The notes under the pieces were generated by a model, which searched no databases, was not told the DNA's origin, and saw only the letters and a program-made list of their open reading frames with translations. From positions 1-57,775 of IMG/VR virus record IMGVR_UViG_3300027994_000001: 57,775 nt of DNA; one strand, 5' to 3'. Shown here one piece after another: positions 28,843-35,753 of the stretch. Position 1 is the first letter of the stretch. Every line of letters begins with the position of its first letter. Position numbers and translations under genes: made by a program. Origin of the DNA: a virus (taxonomy: Duplodnaviria; Heunggongvirae; Uroviricota; Caudoviricetes).

Positions 28843-29781
28843 ATGCCTTGTACCTGTTTAAACGAATCCTGCACGCAGCAGACTATAGAAGGAATTGTTT
28901 ATTGTAATTGTGAGATCACTATTGAGGACATAGTATGCCCAGATGGTTGCGAAACAATTATTCTTCCTAATGGTAATGCAGTATGTTCATGTACAGAATC
29001 AGCTACACCTACATTAGAACCTGTAAAAACTCCTGTTTCAGTTACAGACCCAGAATATTTTGAGGATGTTAGCTGGACAATAAGCTATTCCCCAATAGAG
29101 CAAAAATGGATATCATGGCATTCATTCCATCCAAATTATTATATCCCGCACCAAAACTACTTCCAAACAGGCATAAACCAAAGTACAGACTCAACAGAAT
29201 TTGGATTGTGGTCACACTTACTCACAAATAGAAGTTATCAAGTGTTTTATGGTAAAAAGTATCCATTCTTAGTAGAGTACATGCTTAAAAGAGAGTACGG
29301 AGAAATACTTTTAAAAACAGTTGGATTTGAGATGGAAGTAATGCGATACCACAATGAATTTGATGTAGCGCAAATAGAAGACAAACCATTTAACAAAATG
29401 TGGATTTATAGTCCTTTCACAAATTCAGGAGAATTAAGACTTGTACCAAATACAGGACAGCTTTCGTTGATTTCAAAGTACCCAATAACAGCACCAGATG
29501 GAAGTTATCAAGAAGTTCTTACAACTAAGGTGCATAATGAATACACAACAAATTATTTTTACAACAGAATGATTTCTCACAAAACAAATCAACCAACATG
29601 GATATGGGATCGAAATCAAATAAATAAAACCATCAACCAAGATATTGTCAAATTTAGCGGTAAGAATGTTCTCGAACCAATGCGCAGCAACGTCTTTACG
29701 ATTAGACTAGAACAGTCTTTAGAAAGCAGGTTAAGATATGCAATTAATATGTTGTCAAGTAAAATAAATTTAGAATTGTAA
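28843..29781 (+). CDS. Tail stabilisation/muzzle protein, C-terminal part
   Basis: Contains SWTISYSP..WISWHSFHPNYY and YGKKYPFLVEY, which from recalled family features normally continue the same muzzle polypeptide after ITKKDY. Confidence 0.65.
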   Translation: MPCTCLNESCTQQTIEGIVYCNCEITIEDIVCPDGCETIILPNGNAVCSCTESATPTLEPVKTPVSVTDPEYFEDVSWTISYSPIEQKWISWHSFHPNYYIPHQNYFQTGINQSTDSTEFGLWSHLLTNRSYQVFYGKKYPFLVEYMLKREYGEILLKTVGFEMEVMRYHNEFDVAQIEDKPFNKMWIYSPFTNSGELRLVPNTGQLSLISKYPITAPDGSYQEVLTTKVHNEYTTNYFYNRMISHKTNQPTWIWDRNQINKTINQDIVKFSGKNVLEPMRSNVFTIRLEQSLESRLRYAINMLSSKINLEL

Positions 29782-29786
29782 TTTTA

Positions 29787-29818
29787 TTTGGCTATTTAAG
29801 AATAAAGTCGTATATTTA
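29787..29818 (+). promoter_or_regulatory. Promoter upstream of HNH/cargo genes
   Basis: TTTG (29787-29790), 20-nt spacer, TATATTTA (29811-29818; one mismatch). Confidence 0.6.
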
Positions 29819-29837
29819 CCAAAAATAAACTACAAGT

Positions 29838-30599
29838 ATGAGAAGTAAAATTAAAAACAGAGTTGGTGAAATACATACAAACAGTACTGGAGAAAATTTC
29901 ACAATTATTAAATATAGAGGTAATAAAGATCTAGACGTCCAATTTGAAGATGGGACTATTGTAAAAAATAAAGGTTATAGACACGTAACTAAAAAAAGCA
30001 TAAAAAATCCTAATGTTCCTAACGTTTATGGTGTAGGTTACATGGGAAAAGGTAAGTATTTAGGCTCAATTGAGGGAAAATCTACTAAAGAATGCAGTAT
30101 TTGGAGGTCTATTTTGGCTAGATGTTATGACAAATATACTCAGAAAAAACACCCAAGCTATATTGGTTGTTCAGTAGACGAAAGGTGGCACAATTTCCAA
30201 AACTTTGCAAAGTGGTATGAAGAAAATTACAATCCTAACTTAATGGAAGGATGGCACATAGACAAAGACATTTTAATCAAAGGGAATAGAATTTATTCAG
30301 ATAAAAATTGTTGCTTCATTCCAAAAGAATTAAACCACTTGTTCAAAAAAAGAATTAATCAAGGAAACAGTCTGCCTACAGGAGTGCACAAAAACCGTGA
30401 AAAATTTGTAGCATCATTTAGTAGAGGTAAAGGTTTTCCCGAGTATATTGGTACATTTAACACACCAGAAGAAGCTTTCCAGGCATATAAAATAGCAAAA
30501 GAAACTTATATCAAAGAATTGGCACACGAATGGAGACCTTTAATTGGAGAAAGAATTTATAATATAATCTACCACTATAAAATAGAAATAACAGACTGA
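29838..30599 (+). CDS. Free-standing HNH homing endonuclease with AP2-like C-terminus
   Basis: WHNFQNFAKW, WHIDKDILIKGNRIYSDKNCCFIPKELN, C-terminal YIGTFNTPEEAFQAY. Confidence 0.85.
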   Translation: MRSKIKNRVGEIHTNSTGENFTIIKYRGNKDLDVQFEDGTIVKNKGYRHVTKKSIKNPNVPNVYGVGYMGKGKYLGSIEGKSTKECSIWRSILARCYDKYTQKKHPSYIGCSVDERWHNFQNFAKWYEENYNPNLMEGWHIDKDILIKGNRIYSDKNCCFIPKELNHLFKKRINQGNSLPTGVHKNREKFVASFSRGKGFPEYIGTFNTPEEAFQAYKIAKETYIKELAHEWRPLIGERIYNIIYHYKIEITD

Positions 30600-32359
30600 T
30601 GACTCTAATTAAGGAAAAAATAAAACAGCAAAATAAAGAGGAATACGCTTATAATAAAATGCTTGGTTATGGATGGACTCCTGACCAAGCAGCAGGTATT
30701 GTGGGTAATTTGAAATATGAAAGCGGTTTTAATACTAGTGCTGAGGGAGATATAGGATATAAAGGTGGCTCTAGCTTTGGGATTGCACAGTTTCGCGGCA
30801 AAAGACTAGATAACTTAAAACAAAAGTACGGCTCAAATTGGAAAGATCTGGATAATCAATTAGATTTTGTAAATTGGGAGTTAAACAACACGCATAAGAA
30901 AGTAGGAGATAGATTAAGAAATACACAAGGAATATATAACACAGGCGCATTAATTTCTGATAAATATGAGATCCCCTCAAAAAAATTCCATGAAAACAAA
31001 GATAGACAGAAAGCTGTTTATAGTGTTTATGAAAAATACTCAGGTATGCCCTTTACACCAGAAGAATTTAAAGGAACAGCACAAAGAGCGATAGATAACT
31101 ACAACCCTTATCAAGAAACAGTTAGTCAGAATGCTCCAATATATACACCAGAAATAAGTAATTTGGTTACGTACACAGAAATACCTAACTTAGCAGAATC
31201 AAACGAAACAGAAGCTGTGAAAAAAGCCAAAGAAGAGTTAGATTACAAACAACAGCAACAAATTAACCAGCAGAGATTTATTCAAGAGTTACTAACAGCT
31301 TCACAGGTTCAGTATGTTGACCCAAACCAAGTACAGCAAGAAGATATTTATAATCAAGAACAGTATTTTCAAAGAGGAGGAAGTTATTATGACTTACCTA
31401 TGAATAATCCAGAAGTACTTACACCTGAGCAGTTCACAATAGATTATATAAACTCTCCAAAATATAAAGAACGATTAATAAATTCAGGATATAAAAATCC
31501 TAATCAAGTAATTAAAAACAGAGCCAACGAAGTTAATGGTGTACAAATAATTGACCAAAATGGAAAACCAAATGTATTCGAAAAAACTTGGTTAAAAATG
31601 CAGGGAGTCCCATACTCAACAGACGGTTCACAATATCATTCAGAGATAAACACAATTGTTATGGATAACATAACAGATAAAGCTAAAAAAGAACTGGATA
31701 AAATAGGGTATAATTCTGTAAAAGCACATGAACTGGGACATTCAGAATTAAAAGGCGCGCCCTTAAACAGAAAAGACCAAGACGAGCTATTTGACAGGCT
31801 AAAAGCTTATAAATTCGATGTTGATTTAACAAAAGAAGACATCAACGATATTAAGAATAGAGCCAAAGGAGAGTATAATAATGTACATCATGATCTCAGA
31901 CCACAAGAAAACAAGTCAGACCTGAACGGATTAAGATTTTTACTAAAAAAAGAAGGTATTTATGATGCAGGAAAAGAAAATTTCACAAAAGAGCATTTAA
32001 AAAAAGTAAAAAATAATTTTTTCAAAAAAAGACTCCAAGAGAATTACACAGATGAAAACTTGATATGGCTCATGAATAATGTCGCTCAAAATGAAGATGA
32101 GGGATTGATATACGTACAAAATGGCGGAGAAATTGTAAAAGATGATAATGGTTATTGGAATCCTGATAATTGGGGGAAAGTAGTTGAAATCAATAGCCCA
32201 AATATAACAATGAGAGGTGTGAATCAAAGCTTGATAGGCATATCTAATGAGACAGGGGAGGCCAAGTTGATGGTTCCTGGTCAAGAATATAATTTTACAA
32301 ATACAAAAAAAGTTACAGAATACCCAGTAAAAAGAACTAAAAACAAAAGATTTTCATAA
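30599..32359 (+). CDS. Virion cargo protein: phage tail lysozyme + zincin-like metallopeptidase + small C-terminal domain
   Basis: N-terminal QAAGIVGNLKYESG...GIAQF...QLDFVNWEL (tail lysozyme type); HELGH with downstream E (RPQENKSD); C-terminal ITMRGV...LMVPGQEY domain. Confidence 0.8.
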   Translation: MTLIKEKIKQQNKEEYAYNKMLGYGWTPDQAAGIVGNLKYESGFNTSAEGDIGYKGGSSFGIAQFRGKRLDNLKQKYGSNWKDLDNQLDFVNWELNNTHKKVGDRLRNTQGIYNTGALISDKYEIPSKKFHENKDRQKAVYSVYEKYSGMPFTPEEFKGTAQRAIDNYNPYQETVSQNAPIYTPEISNLVTYTEIPNLAESNETEAVKKAKEELDYKQQQQINQQRFIQELLTASQVQYVDPNQVQQEDIYNQEQYFQRGGSYYDLPMNNPEVLTPEQFTIDYINSPKYKERLINSGYKNPNQVIKNRANEVNGVQIIDQNGKPNVFEKTWLKMQGVPYSTDGSQYHSEINTIVMDNITDKAKKELDKIGYNSVKAHELGHSELKGAPLNRKDQDELFDRLKAYKFDVDLTKEDINDIKNRAKGEYNNVHHDLRPQENKSDLNGLRFLLKKEGIYDAGKENFTKEHLKKVKNNFFKKRLQENYTDENLIWLMNNVAQNEDEGLIYVQNGGEIVKDDNGYWNPDNWGKVVEINSPNITMRGVNQSLIGISNETGEAKLMVPGQEYNFTNTKKVTEYPVKRTKNKRFS

Positions 32360-35300
32360 TGAAGAGAGTAAAAAATAATAGATACCAAAACGGAGGAAAT
32401 CTGTACAACTATCAAAGAACAGGGGATAAAAAAATCACAGCATCAGATGTAGCAAGAATTAATCAAAACTCACCAGTTGAGTTCGTTCCTGATTTCGCCC
32501 AACAATATTTTTCTCAACAATCTACACCGCCTGCACAAGCACCTACTCAAAGTATGATTGACTTTACCACAACACCTGTAAAAGACATAACCTCTGACGG
32601 ATTGTTTACAAACAGAAAAGTGTGGTATACAGACAGAGCGGAAAACTTTTTAGGTAAGTCACCAGCTATTGAAGGTAAAGACTATCAAGTTATACCTTAC
32701 AGTCAATGGAAAGCTTATCAAAGTTCCCCAGCATATAGCCAATATCAAAATAGACAGGGCACTACAGCAACAGGTATGGCTTCCATGCAGATCGGAGGTA
32801 ATTTTACCGCACCAAGTAATATTGGATATACACCACAACCAATTACATTACCTACACAAACTAATCAATTTGATTTAAATCAGTTTGATACATACGGACA
32901 ACAGCTTCAGCAAAAATACCCTCTACCAGACACAAAAGTAAATGGGTTTACGTACAACCCTAATGAATTATCACCATACTCTCAACCACCTCAAATCACA
33001 GCTCCAAATAATTACAATGTAGACCCAAGTTCACAATATATTCAAGGAGACAATAATGGAGATGGGATTGTAAATGAGCAGGATCAATTTGACATGTACG
33101 GCAACCCGCTAAATAGTCAGCAAACAATCACACCAAACACGACAGAAAACTTTTCTTATTTCAATCAATACTCTGGATTTGATATCCCAAGTGCGGCTTA
33201 TAAATTAGGACAGGGAATTGGAACAGGAAATGCATTTGATATAGGTGTTTCAGGTGCAAAATTAGCAACAGGCTTAGGAAGAAATATAGTTTCGGGTTTA
33301 GGAACAGCTAATAGAAGAGAGAATATTCTAAACGAGTTCCAACAAAAAGCCAGACAAGCATCTGTACCAGCAACGCAGTCATTACAAAGAGGTGGCTATT
33401 TTCAGGATGGAGGACAACAAGCTCCAGATCCCACTCAAGTCATAGAGGCATATGCACAAGCAGTCGGTCAAGACCCGCAAGAAATTATAGCACAGCTTCA
33501 ACAACTTCCACCAGAACAACAGGAACAGGCAATTCAAGAAATGCTTGCCACACTACAACAAAGTCAATCCCCACAAGAACAACAAGCTTTCCAAAACGGC
33601 GGAAGATTAAAAAAAAAAGACGAAAATAAAATAGCTACGGGAGAATACGTAGGGGAAACACCAGAAGGAGATAAGGTCGCGGAAGTTGAAAAAGACGAGT
33701 ATATTAAAAAACCTGACGAAACAATTCAAAAAGTTTTAGGTCAAAGTCATGAGAATGGAGGTGTTGAACTTACAGCAGAACAATTACCCGATGACTCACA
33801 AATCATTTCTGACCACTTAAAAATAGGCAAGGGCGGTGCAAAAAAGTTTAACGATGATTTTGATTTAGGGGTAAAATCAACCAACACTTATGCAGATGTT
33901 ATCGATAAATTTAATAGAAAAACAGGGTTAGATAAAATTGTAAAAGAACAGGAAGAAACAGCTTCAAAACTACAGAAACAAGCTGATAAATTACTTCATA
34001 ACCCTAACTTAGAAGACACTATACGAATGAATATAGATTTTCTAACAGAAGAGTTTCAAGAACTTGAACAGGAAAAACTACCTATCATAGAGGCAAGGAA
34101 AAGCTTTTTCAATGAAGTATTTGATTTGCAAGAGAAGTCCAAAGTAAGTTTTAATGCTGATGAAGTTTTTCAAAATGGCGGTCTTTACAATGGTGATATG
34201 ATTATTGGATATTCAAAAAAATATAATCTGCCTGAGGACAGAGTAAAACAATTACTAAATGAGTTTCAAAACGGAGGACTAAGAGGGACAGTGAATGTAA
34301 CCAGTAATATAAACCCTTATAGCACTAACGCAAGAAATAAACAGAGTGCAAATGAGGAAGCTTATGGTATTGTAAGAAGTCAGCAGGCTCTTCAAAATCT
34401 ATATAATAACTTCCCTAATATTATAAACTCCGATCCTGGATTTAAAAATCTTATAGAAGTTGATGCAAAAGGGAATGTTAAATTAAAAGGAAACGTACCT
34501 TTAAATAAACAGTCAGAGGTTGTCGGAAATGTTCAAAGATTAATCGATGAGAATATGAAAGACTCTGCCCAGACTATTATTAACAATCCTGACAGTTTCT
34601 CACCAGAGGCAGTAAAAGAAGCCCAAAGATATTTTACAGAAGAGACATTTTTACCAGATGCATTATCAGAAACTGATCAATCAAGAGCTATTAGAGGGTA
34701 TGATGAAAAACTAGGAGATTTTACTTCTGGAAGATATTCAATGCAGATAAATCTTGTAACACCAGAAGAAAAACAATTATTGGCAGATAATGGGATACTT
34801 ACAGTTAAACAACTAAAAAATTCACCTTTACGAGCTAAATTATCTGCTTCGAGTATTAAGAATTTAGATAATGTAGAGGGGCTTATAAAAGATACAGCGG
34901 CAGATTATGGAATAGCAGAAGTCACTCCTGAGTCAAGGCCTTTGGCAACAACCCCATCTCCAACAAATAAATTACCATCATTTACAGGAAATCAAGAAGT
35001 GGTTAATACTTATGGATTATTGAACTTACCTGATCAAAGTCCTTTATTACCAGATAGTTTACAGGGAGCACTTAAAATTGACAGACGTTACGACAGAATA
35101 GAAGCACCACTGGTTTCTCCTGATGCGCAAGTAAATGAAATAAGAAGACAAGAGGCCGCAACAATGGAAAGCCTTAACAGCCTGCCAGATGCACAAAGAG
35201 CAGCAGCGATAGCCCAAGTTCAGGCTAACACACAAGCTAATCTTAATAATGTAATGGGACAGGTTGCGGGACAAAACCAAGCTTCCACTTTTCAAGCCAA

Positions 35301-35661
35301 CGCAGCAAATGCACAAATACAAGCCAGAGAGGAAGACGCAAGAGCCAATGATTTATTAAATTATGAAGGCAGAATATTAAAAGCTGATGCAATAACACAG
35401 CAAAATCTTAGAAATTATTACAATACCGCGCAAAAAGTAAACTTAGGTAATTACAACACAGTTAATTCAGTTAATCTAATTAATTCAATGTATGATAATG
35501 CCAGATATACACCTAATGGAATTGCAATGACTAACTTAGATACAGCACAAGCTTATGGAAATCAGGCACAAGACGAATATCAAAAATTATTAGACGCTAA
35601 AAAAACTATTAACAAATTAAATGTTCAGTCAAAAAAGAAACGTTTTGGTGGCAAAAAATAA
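32359..35661 (+). CDS. Virion cargo/ejection protein (1100 aa, Gln-rich, modular)
   Basis: Low-complexity Q/P/N segments, AEVEKDE...HENGGV module typical of crAss-like cargo, seven QxGG motifs. Confidence 0.65.
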   Translation: MKRVKNNRYQNGGNLYNYQRTGDKKITASDVARINQNSPVEFVPDFAQQYFSQQSTPPAQAPTQSMIDFTTTPVKDITSDGLFTNRKVWYTDRAENFLGKSPAIEGKDYQVIPYSQWKAYQSSPAYSQYQNRQGTTATGMASMQIGGNFTAPSNIGYTPQPITLPTQTNQFDLNQFDTYGQQLQQKYPLPDTKVNGFTYNPNELSPYSQPPQITAPNNYNVDPSSQYIQGDNNGDGIVNEQDQFDMYGNPLNSQQTITPNTTENFSYFNQYSGFDIPSAAYKLGQGIGTGNAFDIGVSGAKLATGLGRNIVSGLGTANRRENILNEFQQKARQASVPATQSLQRGGYFQDGGQQAPDPTQVIEAYAQAVGQDPQEIIAQLQQLPPEQQEQAIQEMLATLQQSQSPQEQQAFQNGGRLKKKDENKIATGEYVGETPEGDKVAEVEKDEYIKKPDETIQKVLGQSHENGGVELTAEQLPDDSQIISDHLKIGKGGAKKFNDDFDLGVKSTNTYADVIDKFNRKTGLDKIVKEQEETASKLQKQADKLLHNPNLEDTIRMNIDFLTEEFQELEQEKLPIIEARKSFFNEVFDLQEKSKVSFNADEVFQNGGLYNGDMIIGYSKKYNLPEDRVKQLLNEFQNGGLRGTVNVTSNINPYSTNARNKQSANEEAYGIVRSQQALQNLYNNFPNIINSDPGFKNLIEVDAKGNVKLKGNVPLNKQSEVVGNVQRLIDENMKDSAQTIINNPDSFSPEAVKEAQRYFTEETFLPDALSETDQSRAIRGYDEKLGDFTSGRYSMQINLVTPEEKQLLADNGILTVKQLKNSPLRAKLSASSIKNLDNVEGLIKDTAADYGIAEVTPESRPLATTPSPTNKLPSFTGNQEVVNTYGLLNLPDQSPLLPDSLQGALKIDRRYDRIEAPLVSPDAQVNEIRRQEAATMESLNSLPDAQRAAAIAQVQANTQANLNNVMGQVAGQNQASTFQANAANAQIQAREEDARANDLLNYEGRILKADAITQQNLRNYYNTAQKVNLGNYNTVNSVNLINSMYDNARYTPNGIAMTNLDTAQAYGNQAQDEYQKLLDAKKTINKLNVQSKKKRFGGKK

Positions 35662-35665
35662 TTAA

Positions 35666-35697
35666 TTTGCAAATATTAAATAAATAACTTAATTTCG
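35666..35697 (+). promoter_or_regulatory. Bacteroidota-type promoter for the large cargo genes
   Basis: TTTG (35666-35669), 20-nt spacer, TAATTTCG (35690-35697; TAnnTTCG variant). Confidence 0.7.
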
Positions 35698-35698
35698 C

Positions 35699-35729
35699 AA
35701 TTCCATTCTACTAAATGTAGGGTGGGATT
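35699..35729 (+). promoter_or_regulatory. 5'-UTR RNA hairpin
   Basis: 13-bp stem (35699-35711 / 35717-35729) with three G-U pairs and a UAAAU loop, starting at the predicted TSS. Confidence 0.6.
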
Positions 35730-35753
35730 TCGCGTTTTAAAACAATAACACAT

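Noticed and set aside
29782-30601. HNH as part of a group I intron
   Set aside because: It lies between intact genes, has its own promoter-like element, and shows no P7-like core or interrupted host exon.
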